From Spirochaetota bacterium (GTDB taxonomy: Bacteria; Spirochaetota; Spirochaetia; JABEVK01), in contig JAIFLN010000101.1 of assembly GCA_020049045.1 (NCBI GenBank), forward strand, positions 2,117 to 66,116: a DNA stretch of 64,000 bases, in the 5' to 3' direction. Position numbers and translations under genes: made by a program. The notes under the pieces were generated by a model. That model worked only from the letters and a program-made list of their open reading frames with translations. It made no database searches and was not told where the DNA came from. Shown here piece by piece: positions 10,733 to 20,996 of the stretch. Each line of letters opens with the position of its first letter. The first letter of the stretch is position 1.

Positions 10733-11348
10733 GTTTCTCCCGAACCAGGACCCGGTCGATAAGGCCATAATCCACGGCCTCCTGAGCAGACAAGAAATAG
10801 TCGCGCTCGAGGTCCTGAGCGACCGTCTGAGCGGTCTTTCCCGTATGCCGGGCGAAAATATCAATCGTAAGATTCTTGAGCCGGATAATCTCGCGGGCCT
10901 GAATCTTGATGTCACGCGCCTGGCCCTGTGCACCGCCCCAAGGCTGGTGAACCAAAATCCGGGCTGAGGGAAGCGAGAACCGCTTTCCGGGCGTTCCGCC
11001 GGCGAGAAGCAAAGCACCCATGGAAGCGGCTTGGCCAACGCAGGTGGTCTGAACATCGCAATTCAGGAATTGCATCGTGTCGTAAATGGCAAGACCGGCC
11101 GTCACGCTTCCACCAGGAGAGTTGATGTAAACTGCAATATCCTTTTCAGGATCTTGCGCATCGAGATGGAGAAGCTGGGCGACAACCAGATCGGCCATCA
11201 CATCATGAATCTCACCATCGATAAAAACGATGCGATCCTTCAACAGACGTGAGAAGATATCGTAGGCCCGTTCACCGGCGCCGGTTTGTTCCACCACCAT
11301 GGGGACCAAGTTGCTCATGTAGGAATTCATAGACGGGTTCATGGGCAA
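10716..11348 (-). CDS. clpP: ATP-dependent Clp protease proteolytic subunit (start probably ATG 11342)
   Basis: [44 protein letters not shown]. Confidence 0.97.
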   Translation of the reverse strand: MPMNPSMNSYMSNLVPMVVEQTGAGERAYDIFSRLLKDRIVFIDGEIHDVMADLVVAQLLHLDAQDPEKDIAVYINSPGGSVTAGLAIYDTMQFLNCDVQTTCVGQAASMGALLLAGGTPGKRFSLPSARILVHQPWGGAQGQARDIKIQAREIIRLKNLTIDIFARHTGKTAQTVAQDLERDYFLSAQEAVDYGLIDRVLVREKHGQKK

Positions 11349-11352
11349 GAAA

Positions 11353-12702
11353 TTACTCTTTTTGACCCATCAAGTCCAGGTAAGTTAGTTTTTTTCCTTT
11401 TTTGATCTTGCTCTGGCTCAAGAGGTAGTCAGCCAGCTTCCGGTCGCGCACATCATGCTCGATATAATGTAGAAACCCGTTCTTTTCAAAGTATTCTTTG
11501 GCTTCTTCAACACTGATCTTGCTGGCCTCGGCCTGTTTGGCAACCTCGGCTTCGAGTTCGGCTGGGGTACACTCGATCTTTTCCGCTTCGAGGATCTTTT
11601 CCATTACCAGACGCTTGCGCAGACCTTCTTCTGCTTGAGGCCGCCACTGGTCCTGCATTTTGTGCTTGCCCTCGTGACCAAGCATTTCTTCCAGCTGCTC
11701 GGGACGGATGCGGCTCTGTGAGGCGAACGTCCGCCATGTCTGGTCCAGTTCAGCCCGGATCATGGACTCGGGCAGATCAATCTTGGCCTCGGCGGCAACC
11801 TTTTCAAGGACAGCGTCCAGATTTTTCTGTTTGACAGTGTTCTCAACAGTTTTGCCCAACCGGTCGGTGATGCTCTTTCGCAAGTCATCGAGGGTCTTGA
11901 ATTCTTCGCTCACATCCTGGGCCAAATCATCGTTGAGCTCGGGGAGCTTTTTTTCCTTGACGGCAGTCACCTTGATTTTCAGGGACTTTGTGGTACCAGC
12001 CAACTCCGAGGTTTCGAAGTCGGCGGCATAGGTCTTGGCGACGGTTTTCTCGTCGTCCTTCTTCCAACCGATGATTTCTTCGTCGATTTTGTAGTAATTA
12101 TAGCCAGAGCCGACGGTGAAGACAAAATCCTGACGCCTGGTGCTTTCGACATCGGTGCCATCAGCCCCGACCTCGACGTAGTTGACAGTGACGGTATCGT
12201 CCTTGGCGACCTTGCCCGAAGCTTTGTCGAGAACGAGCGCATTCTGCTCGCGGATCTGGTCCAACTCCCGGTCTTCGTCTTTCTTGGTGACGGCAACCTG
12301 TGGCTCTTCAATTTCAATGCCCTTGTACCCAGGTAAAGAAAAGGCGGGGAACGTGTCGTACTGGAGGGTGAAGGTGAAATCCTTCGTCAGATCGAGGGTG
12401 ATATTCCTGTCGATGATTTCGGGCTGGCTATAGCTCAAGGGCTTTTCTTCAATGGTTTCGAAGACCTCATGAAGGGACTTGTCCACCAGGTTCTGAAGGG
12501 CTTCGGCCTTGAGACCATCACCGAATTTTTTTTCCAGGACACCGACAGGAACTTTGCCCCTTCGGAATCCAGGCATCACGGCATCTTTGACGTACTTGTT
12601 CAGGAGTCCGGAGTACTCCTTCTGAGCAGCGTCCCTGGCAATGGTCAGGGTGAGCTGGACAGCAGACTTTTCCAGCTTCTTGATTTTTTGGTCAATGATC
12701 AT
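11353..12702 (-). CDS. tig: Trigger factor
   Basis: Start MIIDQKIKK at 12702; ribosome-binding GFRRGKVP motif, FKBP-like middle domain; canonical tig-clpP-clpX-lon order. Confidence 0.95.
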   Translation of the reverse strand: MIIDQKIKKLEKSAVQLTLTIARDAAQKEYSGLLNKYVKDAVMPGFRRGKVPVGVLEKKFGDGLKAEALQNLVDKSLHEVFETIEEKPLSYSQPEIIDRNITLDLTKDFTFTLQYDTFPAFSLPGYKGIEIEEPQVAVTKKDEDRELDQIREQNALVLDKASGKVAKDDTVTVNYVEVGADGTDVESTRRQDFVFTVGSGYNYYKIDEEIIGWKKDDEKTVAKTYAADFETSELAGTTKSLKIKVTAVKEKKLPELNDDLAQDVSEEFKTLDDLRKSITDRLGKTVENTVKQKNLDAVLEKVAAEAKIDLPESMIRAELDQTWRTFASQSRIRPEQLEEMLGHEGKHKMQDQWRPQAEEGLRKRLVMEKILEAEKIECTPAELEAEVAKQAEASKISVEEAKEYFEKNGFLHYIEHDVRDRKLADYLLSQSKIKKGKKLTYLDLMGQKE

Positions 12703-12734
12703 AGCAACCCCTAGGTCATCAGTATCTTGTGCAG

Positions 12735-12773
12735 AAAAAAATAAGGCGATCCGGAGTACTCCGGACCGCCTTT
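12735..12773 (-). terminator. Rho-independent terminator after the tRNA cluster
   Basis: Minus strand AAGGCGGTCCGGAGTACTCCGGATCGCCTT hairpin followed by ATTTTTTT. Confidence 0.75.
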
Positions 12774-12779
12774 TGCGAG

Positions 12780-12851
12780 AGCGAAAGACGGGATTCGAAC
12801 CCGCGACATCCACCTTGGCAAGGTGGAGCTCTACCACTGAGCTACTTTCGC
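12780..12851 (-). tRNA. tRNA-Gly(GCC)
   Basis: GCGAAAGTAGCTCAGTGGTAGAGC...CCACC TTGCCAA GGTGG...GGTTCGAATCCCGTCTTTCGCT; full cloverleaf, no encoded CCA. Confidence 0.96.
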
Positions 12852-12904
12852 ATAAACAAACACACGGCGTTTTCGGCGGCCATGCAATTCAGATTCCGCC
12901 GAAC

Positions 12905-12986
12905 TGCGAGAGAAGGGACTCGAACCCTCACACCTTTCGGCACTGGAACCTAAATCCAGCGTGTCTACCAATTTCACCACTCTCGC
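12905..12986 (-). tRNA. tRNA-Leu(TAG)
   Basis: GCGAGAGTGGTGAAATTGGTAGACACG CTGGA TTTAGGT TCCAG, long variable arm, GGTTCGAGTCCC...TCTCGCA. Confidence 0.96.
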
Positions 12987-13020
12987 GAAGCCCTCCCCCT
13001 TCAGGGAGAAAAAAGCGAAC

Positions 13021-13093
13021 TGAGCCGGCAAGGATTCGAACCTTGGACCCGCAGATTAAGAGTCTGCTGCTCTACCAGCTGAGCTACCGGCCC
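13021..13093 (-). tRNA. tRNA-Lys(CTT)
   Basis: GGGCCGGTAGCTCAGCTGGTAGAGCA GCAGA CTCTTAA TCTGC...GGTTCGAATCCTTGCCGGCTCA. Confidence 0.96.
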
Positions 13094-13129
13094 CTCAATT
13101 CACAATGTCAAAACCAAAATCAAAAAAGT

Positions 13130-13203
<74 letters not shown>

Positions 13204-13211
13204 AGCTTAAG

Positions 13212-13285
13212 GGTGGATGACGGGGCTCGAACCCGCGACAGCCAGAACCACAATCTGGAGCTCTACCAACTGAGCTACAACCACC
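13212..13285 (-). tRNA. tRNA-His(GTG)
   Basis: G(-1)GTGGTTGTAGCTCAGTTGGTAGAGC TCCAGA TTGTGGT TCTGG...GGTTCGAGCCCCGTCATCCACC; genomic G-1 and C73 identity elements present. Confidence 0.95.
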
Positions 13286-13441
13286 ATGTCGTGTCCTCAG
13301 TGGACGTTGATTAATAAACACCACCTCAGCGAAAAGATCAAGGGGTTTTACAAATTTAATTTGGGATTTCTTTCCATTGACAACCCGGTGTGCCCCCCCT
13401 TTAATGGAGGGGATACCAATAGATACCCGGGGGGCACCACA

Positions 13442-14227
13442 ATGGCATTCGACAATCACTTGTATATGATTCTGTTCCCAAACACAGCCTTGGTTGGGTC
13501 CCAGCTTCCTCCACCGGAATTTGGCAAACATTTCATTAGCGGCTCAAGCAAATACTATGCAGGTAAACTGATTTTTGCAGAGGTGGATGTCGCTTTCCGC
13601 AACCCGTATTTCAAGATTGATGAGGTCATGGAAGACCTGAAGCCCCATGAGGATGGTCGGCCCAAGAGCACCAAGTACGTTGCGACCTACCGGGTGTTGG
13701 AACACGTTGATTTTGACGCCATTAAGAATCTGTACATTACCACCCCCGAGGGCTATACCCTTGAATTGGCATCCGGGCCTTATGAAGCCCACCATCAGCC
13801 TGGATTTATCCGGATTTTCGGCGAAATCACACCGGTTTCCATGATGGTGCTGTCCGATTACAACTTCCTGGAATTCAGCAAGTACATCACCAATCCAGAG
13901 AGTTTTGTCGGGGCACCCAAGATGTTCTATACACAGATCGATCTGGACATTGAGGAATTTCTCAAAGAGATACAGACCAACCCGCTTCTTCAACCGCCGA
14001 TTCCCGATATCCACCCGGCTGTTTTACGAGATTCGATTCTCGAGATGAGAAAATTCAAGGACAAGCACACCAAGGGGCTTTCCTTGAACAACCCACTGGG
14101 CAAGATCAGTTTCAGGAATCTGCGCCACGGGTTCATGTTCGCTAGTCAGGACAAGAACAAGTTTTACCCTTTACCAAGTCTGGAAGAAATCGAAAAAACC
14201 AATTATAAGTTCTGGAAAACCATGTAG
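13442..14227 (+). CDS. Conserved hypothetical cytoplasmic protein
   Basis: Start MAFDNHLYMILFPN at ATG 13442 with GGGGG SD; upstream TTGACA and TTTAAT promoter-like boxes near 13377-13405; native-looking codon usage; no catalytic motif recognised. Confidence 0.8.
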   Translation: MAFDNHLYMILFPNTALVGSQLPPPEFGKHFISGSSKYYAGKLIFAEVDVAFRNPYFKIDEVMEDLKPHEDGRPKSTKYVATYRVLEHVDFDAIKNLYITTPEGYTLELASGPYEAHHQPGFIRIFGEITPVSMMVLSDYNFLEFSKYITNPESFVGAPKMFYTQIDLDIEEFLKEIQTNPLLQPPIPDIHPAVLRDSILEMRKFKDKHTKGLSLNNPLGKISFRNLRHGFMFASQDKNKFYPLPSLEEIEKTNYKFWKTM

Positions 14228-14279
14228 GGAAAACCAACCCCCTTTTCCCCTTCCCCGGTTTTTTGCTATTGTTTCGGCT

Positions 14280-17200
14280 ATGCCGAAATATAAGCCAGTT
14301 GATCCCAAAGTGAATTTCCCAGCGATGGAGGAGTCAGTCCTCAATTTTTGGGAACAAGGACGCATTTTCCAACGGTCCATTGAGCAACGCCGTGGCGGTG
14401 AAGAATTTGTGTTCTACGACGGCCCGCCATTTGCCACAGGCTTGCCGCATTTTGGTCACTTTGTTCCCGGTACGATCAAAGATATTATCCCGCGCTTCCA
14501 AACCATGAAAGGTAAACTGGTCGAACGTCGTTTTGGCTGGGACTGCCACGGCCTGCCGGTAGAGAACATCGTGGAAAAAGACCTGGGACTCAACTCCAAG
14601 CATGAGATTGAGGAATTCGGGATTGCCAACTTCAACGAAGCCTGCCGCACGGCTGTCCTCAAATACACCAAGGAGTGGCGGACCATTATGACCCGCGCGG
14701 GACGGTGGGTGGACTTCGACGACGACTATAAAACCATGGACGTTGATTTCATGGAATCGATCTGGTGGGTTCAGAAGACGCTCTACGACAAGGGATTGAT
14801 GTACGAGGGGCACAAGATTATGCCATACTGTCCCCGGTGCTCGACGGTGCTTTCCACCCACGAACTGAACTTGGGCGGTTACAAAGACGTGCATGACCCT
14901 GCTGTCACCGTCAAGTTCCGGCTGAAGAACGAAGCTGGCACCGACCCCGACACTTTTTTCCTCGCCTGGACCACTACCCCTTGGACCCTCCCTTCCAACC
15001 TGGCCCTTTCGTTGGGCCCGAGCGTCGAATACGTGAAGATCCAAGACGGGGAAGAGTTTTTTATTCTTGCCAAGAGCCGGTTGGGCGGGTATTACAAAGA
15101 TCCAGCCTCCGTAAAAATTCTCTGGACCAAACCAGGTTCTGAACTCGGCGGCCTTGCCTATGAACCGTTGTTCCCCTACTTTGCCGCTGAAGCTGTGAAC
15201 GGTGGCTTCCGAACCTTTGTCGGTGACCACGTTACCGACAGCGATGGTACAGGCATTGTCCACACCGCCCCCGGGTTCGGTGAAGACGACTACGCCGTTC
15301 TCAAGGGCTCGGGAATCTCAACGGTTTGCCCCGTCGACGCCGAATGCAAGTTTACGGTTGAGGTGTCAGACTACCAAGGACGGTTCGTCAAGGAATGCGA
15401 CAAAGACATCCTTGAGCGGCTCAAGGCCGAGGGTAAGCTGGTCAAACGCGATCAGATCCTACACTCCTACCCCCACTGCTGGCGGTGTTCCTCCCCCTTG
15501 ATCTACCGTGCAATCAGCAGCTGGTTTGTCAATGTGGAGTCGATCAAGGCATCGATGCTCACAGCCAACAACCAGATCAACTGGGTTCCTGATCACATCA
15601 AGACAGGACGGTTCGGAAAATGGCTGGAAGGTGCAAGAGACTGGGCCATCAGCCGCAATCGTTTCTGGGGAAACCCTCTTCCCATTTGGCGGTGCGATCA
15701 GGAAGGTTGCTCCGAAGAGGTATGCATCGGCAGCCGCGACGAGCTGAAGGCCTTTTCAGGCACCCGGCCCGACGACCTTCACAAGCACTTTGTCGACCCG
15801 ATTACCTGGAAATGCTCCTGCGGGGCAGGAACCATGCAGCGTATTCCCGAGGTTCTGGACTGCTGGTTTGAGTCCGGTGCCATGCCTTACGGTCAGGTTC
15901 ACTACCCCTTCGAAAACAAGGATTGGTTCGACACGCATTTTCCTGCCGACTTCATCACCGAGAGTCTGGATCAGACCCGGGGCTGGTTCTATACCCTCAC
16001 CATTCTGGCAGCGGCCCTTTTTGACCGGCCCGCTTTTCAGAACTGCGTGGTTTCAGGCATGGTCCTGGCCAACGATGGCAAGAAGATGTCAAAAAGTCTG
16101 CGCAACTACACCGACCCCAGTGAGGTTATGAAGACTTACGGAGCCGATGCCCTGAGACTCTACCTGATGACGTCTCCAGTAACCCATGCTGACGACCTCA
16201 AGTATAGCGACGAAGGGGTCCAAGGAGTTTTGCGCGACATTCTGCTGCCCTTGTGGAATGCCTACAGTTTCTTTGTCACCTACGCGAATCTCGATGGCGC
16301 TACGCCAGCCGGTACGGTGCATTCGCCAACCAATCCTCTGGACGGCTGGATTCTTTCGGAACTCGAGGCTGTTACCCAGGCTGTTACGGAAGGCCTCGAA
16401 GCCTATGAAGTCACCAGAGCGATCGAGAGTCTGGTCGCCTTCCTCGACCTGTTGAACAACTGGTATATCCGACGCAGCCGCCGCCGGTTCTGGAAAAGCG
16501 AGAATGATGGCGATAAAACAGAGGCTTACGATACCTTGTATCAAGTGCTCAAGCGGTTCTCCACCCTGGCTGCCCCTGTGATACCGTTTATCACCGATGA
16601 GATCTGGGGAAATCTGAAAAGTGAGAAGGACGCCGAGTCAGTTCACCTAACCGACTGGCCGAAGTACGATGCCAGCAGAAGACGCTCCGACCTCGAAGCC
16701 AAAATGGCTGGTGCCAGAAAAGCGGTCGGCTTGGGCAGAGCCTTGCGCAATACGCACAACCTGAAGAACCGGCAGCCACTGAAGGCTGTGTACCTCGTTA
16801 CCAGGGACCAGGCCGAAAAAGCCGTGCTCCGGGAAATGGAGGATCTGATCCGGGAAGAACTGAATGTCAAGGAAGTGATTTTCCAAGACGACGAGGAAGC
16901 CCTGGTGGAATACGGAGCCAAGGCCAACTTCAAAGTGCTGGGTAAAATTCTCGGAGCCCAGATGAAGGCGGCGGCAATCCGTATCGAGAGTCTGTCTGCC
17001 GCCGAAATCGGCACCATTGTGGACGGATCGAGTCTGCATCTCGAAATTGCTGGAATTCCCGTCGAATTGAATGCCGAATCCGTGATGGTGACACGCAAAG
17101 AACGAGCTAGCCTTAAGGTTCTCAACGAAGGAAGCCTGACCGTGGCCCTTGATGGCGAGGTGACCCAGGAGCTGAAACTGGAAGGGCATTTGAGAGATGT

Positions 17201-17441
17201 TGTCCGCGCCATACAGAACGCGAGAAAGGAAGGGGGTCTGGCAGTCAGTGACCGGATCCTCCTGACATTTGGCGGCAGCACCGTTATCCAGGAAATGCTT
17301 GTGGAACATGGCAATCTTCTAAAGTCAGAGACACTTGCTCTCTCTGCGACCTGGGACAGCAACCTCACAAAGGGAAGTTCCGGATGCCAGGAAGGTGACT
17401 CTGGAGAGGAAGAGTTCCTGTTCATTCTGGAAAAGGCTTGA
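14280..17441 (+). CDS. ileS: Isoleucine--tRNA ligase, type 2 (eukaryote-like)
   Basis: DGPPFATGLPHFGH, GWDCHGLP, WTTTPWTLPSN, DWAISRNRFWG, DQTRGWF, KMSKS; 1053 aa with a type-2 C-terminus lacking the Zn finger. Confidence 0.98.
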   Translation: MPKYKPVDPKVNFPAMEESVLNFWEQGRIFQRSIEQRRGGEEFVFYDGPPFATGLPHFGHFVPGTIKDIIPRFQTMKGKLVERRFGWDCHGLPVENIVEKDLGLNSKHEIEEFGIANFNEACRTAVLKYTKEWRTIMTRAGRWVDFDDDYKTMDVDFMESIWWVQKTLYDKGLMYEGHKIMPYCPRCSTVLSTHELNLGGYKDVHDPAVTVKFRLKNEAGTDPDTFFLAWTTTPWTLPSNLALSLGPSVEYVKIQDGEEFFILAKSRLGGYYKDPASVKILWTKPGSELGGLAYEPLFPYFAAEAVNGGFRTFVGDHVTDSDGTGIVHTAPGFGEDDYAVLKGSGISTVCPVDAECKFTVEVSDYQGRFVKECDKDILERLKAEGKLVKRDQILHSYPHCWRCSSPLIYRAISSWFVNVESIKASMLTANNQINWVPDHIKTGRFGKWLEGARDWAISRNRFWGNPLPIWRCDQEGCSEEVCIGSRDELKAFSGTRPDDLHKHFVDPITWKCSCGAGTMQRIPEVLDCWFESGAMPYGQVHYPFENKDWFDTHFPADFITESLDQTRGWFYTLTILAAALFDRPAFQNCVVSGMVLANDGKKMSKSLRNYTDPSEVMKTYGADALRLYLMTSPVTHADDLKYSDEGVQGVLRDILLPLWNAYSFFVTYANLDGATPAGTVHSPTNPLDGWILSELEAVTQAVTEGLEAYEVTRAIESLVAFLDLLNNWYIRRSRRRFWKSENDGDKTEAYDTLYQVLKRFSTLAAPVIPFITDEIWGNLKSEKDAESVHLTDWPKYDASRRRSDLEAKMAGARKAVGLGRALRNTHNLKNRQPLKAVYLVTRDQAEKAVLREMEDLIREELNVKEVIFQDDEEALVEYGAKANFKVLGKILGAQMKAAAIRIESLSAAEIGTIVDGSSLHLEIAGIPVELNAESVMVTRKERASLKVLNEGSLTVALDGEVTQELKLEGHLRDVVRAIQNARKEGGLAVSDRILLTFGGSTVIQEMLVEHGNLLKSETLALSATWDSNLTKGSSGCQEGDSGEEEFLFILEKA

Positions 17442-17448
17442 GATTCTC

Positions 17449-18303
17449 ATGGATTACCGGGCAGGAGCATCCATAGCGATTTTAGCTCTTGTGCTTGGCA
17501 GCTGTGCCACGACCCCTCCGGTAGTGAGAGAGCCGGGAGCGGCAGCCGCTTGGCTGGGAGAAACGCCCAGGGTCATTGTCCGCCTCGATGCAGCCCAAGT
17601 CACCGCCTGGAGTCAGGTTGTCCAGAGGCAGGCCGCGTTGAAGGCTGTTGGAAGCCGTACCAAGACTATCTGGCTTGGGTTGGACCTTGAAAACCTCGAC
17701 GATCTTGAGAATGCAGCTGATTCCGTTCGGATTGTGCTGGAAGGGAATTTTCCACGGGGTGAGGTCGCCTTTGCCCTCAACTGGAATCCTGGTTGGAAGA
17801 AAGGGCGTGTTGAAGGAGTATGGGTCAACTCCCAGCGGGACCTCTCGGTGAGCCTTCCCGAGGATGGGCTGGTGGCCATTCGACGGCATGACCCTCGACC
17901 CGCCGAGGCGGTCGAAGGGGCCCTGCGAGACCTGAATGCAGCAGCCCTGGAACGAACCGCCGTCTGGATCAGCTTCTGGGACCCTGGCAAAGCCCTTTTT
18001 GGTTCCGCCGGAGCCCGACTTCTCCCTGTCGAACGCCTTGATGTCATGCTCTCAATTTCGGAAAACGGATTTCTCGAGGGTCCGGTTCTTCTTTGGTTTC
18101 CAGACGACCGTTCGGCCAAGGCTGCCTCGGTGTTGCTGAGGCTGTTTTCTTCACAGATTCGAGCCCGCTTGGGACAGGATCTGGTTTGGACTGTGGAAGG
18201 TTCGCACATTGCAGGGGAAACACTGCGGTTCGACCAAGCCGATTTGAAGGTCCTGGCTGAAAAACTTCTGGCCGACCCTTTGGCTCAGGAGGCCTCACGA
18301 TGA
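17449..18303 (+). CDS. Lipoprotein, TP0453-like
   Basis: Lipobox LVLGSC. Segments KAVGSRTKTIWLG, VRIVLEGNFP, SVSLP and VEGSHI resemble Treponema TP0453 as I recall it; same position directly after ileS. Confidence 0.65.
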   Translation: MDYRAGASIAILALVLGSCATTPPVVREPGAAAAWLGETPRVIVRLDAAQVTAWSQVVQRQAALKAVGSRTKTIWLGLDLENLDDLENAADSVRIVLEGNFPRGEVAFALNWNPGWKKGRVEGVWVNSQRDLSVSLPEDGLVAIRRHDPRPAEAVEGALRDLNAAALERTAVWISFWDPGKALFGSAGARLLPVERLDVMLSISENGFLEGPVLLWFPDDRSAKAASVLLRLFSSQIRARLGQDLVWTVEGSHIAGETLRFDQADLKVLAEKLLADPLAQEASR

Positions 18304-18911
18304 CCGTTGGTATTTTGGACTATGATGCCGGAAACCTGACCAGCGTCGAGAATGCCCTCAGGCACCTCGGTCATCATTGGGTTTTATCGGGAAATCCTGA
18401 AGACCTCAAGAACACCGACAGCCTGATTTTTCCTGGAGACGGGCATGCTGCTACCAGCATGGACAACTTGAAAGCCCGTGGTCTGGACCGGCTGCTTGCC
18501 GACTTTGCAGCACAGGGACGTCCCATCCTGGGCATTTGTGTGGGAAGTCAAATTGTCCTGGATTCCAGCGAGGAAGGAGAAGCGACCTGCCTGGGATTGG
18601 TACCGGGGCTTTGCAGGCGGTTGCCCGGCGGACAAGGGTTGAAAGTACCCCATATGGGCTGGAACTCCGTGCATTTTGAAACAGAGCATCCCCTGATGGC
18701 TGGAGTACCACAAGACTCCTCTTTCTATTTTGTTCATTCCTACTACACAGAGCCGGCGGCGTCTGTCACCGTCCTTGGGACCACCGATCATGGTATTCGC
18801 TTTGTTGTCGGTTTTCTTAAGGACACTCTCGCAACCTGGCAGTTCCATCCGGAGAAATCAGGCCCGGCCGGATTGAAGCTCGTCGAAAACTTCCTGAGAT
18901 GGAGGCCCTGA
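18300..18911 (+). CDS. hisH: Imidazole glycerol phosphate synthase glutaminase subunit
   Basis: [20 protein letters not shown] (catalytic Cys), [21 protein letters not shown]. Confidence 0.96.
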   Translation: MTVGILDYDAGNLTSVENALRHLGHHWVLSGNPEDLKNTDSLIFPGDGHAATSMDNLKARGLDRLLADFAAQGRPILGICVGSQIVLDSSEEGEATCLGLVPGLCRRLPGGQGLKVPHMGWNSVHFETEHPLMAGVPQDSSFYFVHSYYTEPAASVTVLGTTDHGIRFVVGFLKDTLATWQFHPEKSGPAGLKLVENFLRWRP

Positions 18912-18912
18912 A

Positions 18913-19677
18913 TTGCTGCAGAAACGGGTAATTGTGTGCCTCGATGTGAAAGAGGGTCGAACGACCAAGGGTGTGAAATTTCAGAACAACATCGATTTGG
19001 GAGATCCTGTCGAAATGGCAGAAGCCTATTACCACCAGGGGGTCGACGAGCTGGTGTTTTATGACATCACGGCCAGTGCCGAAAAGCGCGGCATTATGAT
19101 TGATGTGGTTCGGAGAGTGGCTCAACGGATCTTTATCCCCTTCTGTGTCGGTGGAGGATTGGCTACGGCCGAGGACATCAAGGCGGTCATCCTAGCGGGA
19201 GCTGAAAAAGTCAGCCTTAACAGCCAAGCTGTGAAGAACCCCGATTTGATCCGTCAAGGTGCCAAGATGTATGGCAGCCAAAGCATCGTCCTGGGGATGG
19301 ATGCGCTTGCCGACCCAACCATGCCTTCGGGGTACCGGGTGGTCATCAACGGGGGAAGGACTCCTACCGAGCTGGATGCCCTGGCATGGGCACGTCAAGC
19401 GCACAAACTGGGGGCCGGCGAGATTGTGCTCAACAGCATAGACGCCGATGGCACGAAAGCCGGATACGAGCTTCCACTGACAAAACTCATCAGTGAAGCT
19501 CTGCCGATTCCGGTGGTGGCATCTGGTGGTGCGGGAACTCCTGAGCACCTGCGCGCCGTTTTGCAGGAGGGAAGCGCCGATGCCGCACTGGTGGCAAGCA
19601 TGGTTCACTATGGCACTTACACGTTAAAGCAGATCAAGGACTACTTGGCGGGCCGAGGGGTGTCTGTCCGAAGATGA
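18913..19677 (+). CDS. hisF: Imidazole glycerol phosphate synthase cyclase subunit
   Basis: [50 protein letters not shown]. Confidence 0.97.
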   Translation: MLQKRVIVCLDVKEGRTTKGVKFQNNIDLGDPVEMAEAYYHQGVDELVFYDITASAEKRGIMIDVVRRVAQRIFIPFCVGGGLATAEDIKAVILAGAEKVSLNSQAVKNPDLIRQGAKMYGSQSIVLGMDALADPTMPSGYRVVINGGRTPTELDALAWARQAHKLGAGEIVLNSIDADGTKAGYELPLTKLISEALPIPVVASGGAGTPEHLRAVLQEGSADAALVASMVHYGTYTLKQIKDYLAGRGVSVRR

Positions 19678-20306
19678 AAATTCTCGAATCGCTTTTTTAC
19701 TGGGCTACACACTACACCTGGACCTTTGTCGCCATCATGTCGGTAACCGTTATCAGTTGCGCCTTCTCGATTCAATACCTGACAACACTGGAAACCAACC
19801 TGAGGGATGTTTACGAAAACGATGTCAGGGGAGGTGATGCGATACAATCGGCCTATCAGGCGCTGCTCGGTATCGAGAGTTCTGCAAAAGACCTTCTTCT
19901 GTTCTCCGACAAGAAAAACCTCGAGCGGGCACGGCTGTCGATCAAGACAAAAGTTGCCCAACTGAAAGCCGCCATGACCCAGGCGGCTCCTCGTTTCTAT
20001 ACACCCAAGGCCAAAAATGCGATGGCGAAAGCCAAGGAAGACCTTAAGGCTTTCCTGGCATCGGTTCCGGAAGTTCCCGACCTGCAGGCCTTGGCCAAGA
20101 TGGAGGCCAAGAGTTTGGTCCTTCAAAAAGATTTTGACCTGTTGATTGCCAATCGCACGGCCAACAGTACCATTGGAATTTCAGAACTGGTGGGGCAACT
20201 GCGCTTTTCCTTGCTGTTCACAATCGTGATTCTGGTTGTTACCGTCGTTGTCCGTGTGATCCTTTACTTAGCCGGTCACCCTCGCTGGAAGAAAAAGGAA
20301 CGCTGA
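19674..20306 (+). CDS. Two-TM protein with four-helix-bundle (MCP-type) sensory module and no signalling domain
   Basis: TM1, then [13 protein letters not shown]...AIQ (4HB_MCP-like), helical periplasmic region, TM2 and only about 10 cytoplasmic residues. Confidence 0.65.
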   Translation: MKILESLFYWATHYTWTFVAIMSVTVISCAFSIQYLTTLETNLRDVYENDVRGGDAIQSAYQALLGIESSAKDLLLFSDKKNLERARLSIKTKVAQLKAAMTQAAPRFYTPKAKNAMAKAKEDLKAFLASVPEVPDLQALAKMEAKSLVLQKDFDLLIANRTANSTIGISELVGQLRFSLLFTIVILVVTVVVRVILYLAGHPRWKKKER

Positions 20307-20336
20307 GCCCATCTTAGAACCCTTGAGCACCGTGCT

Positions 20337-20975
20337 TTAGTCGCAGGCGAAATGATCACGGACCGGAATCCGCAGAATGGTTTTCATTGTTTCGGGTGCC
20401 GCTTTGGAAGGGTCGGAAAGATAAATCTCACGATGCCTGTGTCCGATTTTCGCCAAGCTGTATTTGCGGCAGAAATCCTGCATTTTAGCAAAGCTGGCGG
20501 GCTCAGTATCGTAAGGTCCTGTGTGGAGCACTTGAAGGCAACGGCCTTCTTCCATCCTTTCGAAATGCACCCTGTCGAGCGCTGAAAGTGACTTCTTTTT
20601 TTTGACGGCCTCGATCACAAGAGCCGCAACAGCCTCGTCGACAAAGTCGGGCTGACGGATCATAACCCGGTAGACGAGATCGCTTTTGTTGAAGGCTCCC
20701 AGGGCCTTGGGGGGGGCGGACAAATCCCAGAGCCCCTCTAAGGGATAGACGGTGTATTCAAAGAATCCAGCCAGTACCAGACCCGCCTTGGCTGACATTC
20801 TGACCCCGTAGGTCAGCGCGTAAAGGGCACCCACGCACTCGGCAAACTCGGGACCGTTGGGATCTCCTTTTCCGTCAATGACAAAAAATCCGAAGGAGGG
20901 CAGCACCACTTCCTGCGGTACCGACGTCGGTGCATACCACTGCTTTTCGCTTTTCTTCCACTCGTACTTAGGCAT
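20337..20975 (-). CDS. GyrI-like small-molecule-binding domain protein
   Basis: DGKGDPN, ALYALTYG, VYPLEGLW, MIRQPDFV, EGRCLQVLHTGPYDTE, HREIYLSDP, KTILRIPV. Confidence 0.88.
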   Translation of the reverse strand: MPKYEWKKSEKQWYAPTSVPQEVVLPSFGFFVIDGKGDPNGPEFAECVGALYALTYGVRMSAKAGLVLAGFFEYTVYPLEGLWDLSAPPKALGAFNKSDLVYRVMIRQPDFVDEAVAALVIEAVKKKKSLSALDRVHFERMEEGRCLQVLHTGPYDTEPASFAKMQDFCRKYSLAKIGHRHREIYLSDPSKAAPETMKTILRIPVRDHFACD

Positions 20976-20996
20976 CTTGTCAGTATATCATGGCCA

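Noticed and set aside
10733-11056. N-terminal extensions in the ORF track for clpX (also tig to 12837, CE4 protein to 7054, rpmE to 30046, 13286 start of the hypothetical)
   Set aside because: They overlap clpP, tRNAs, other genes or leaders; downstream starts match the family N-termini.
14228-14279. T-box riboswitch before ileS
   Set aside because: Only 52 bp and no T-box motif.
18300-19677. hisHF apart from other his genes as an LPS-type (WbuYZ-like) paralog pair
   Set aside because: Canonical HisF/HisH motifs and no polysaccharide genes nearby; a split his operon is the simpler explanation.
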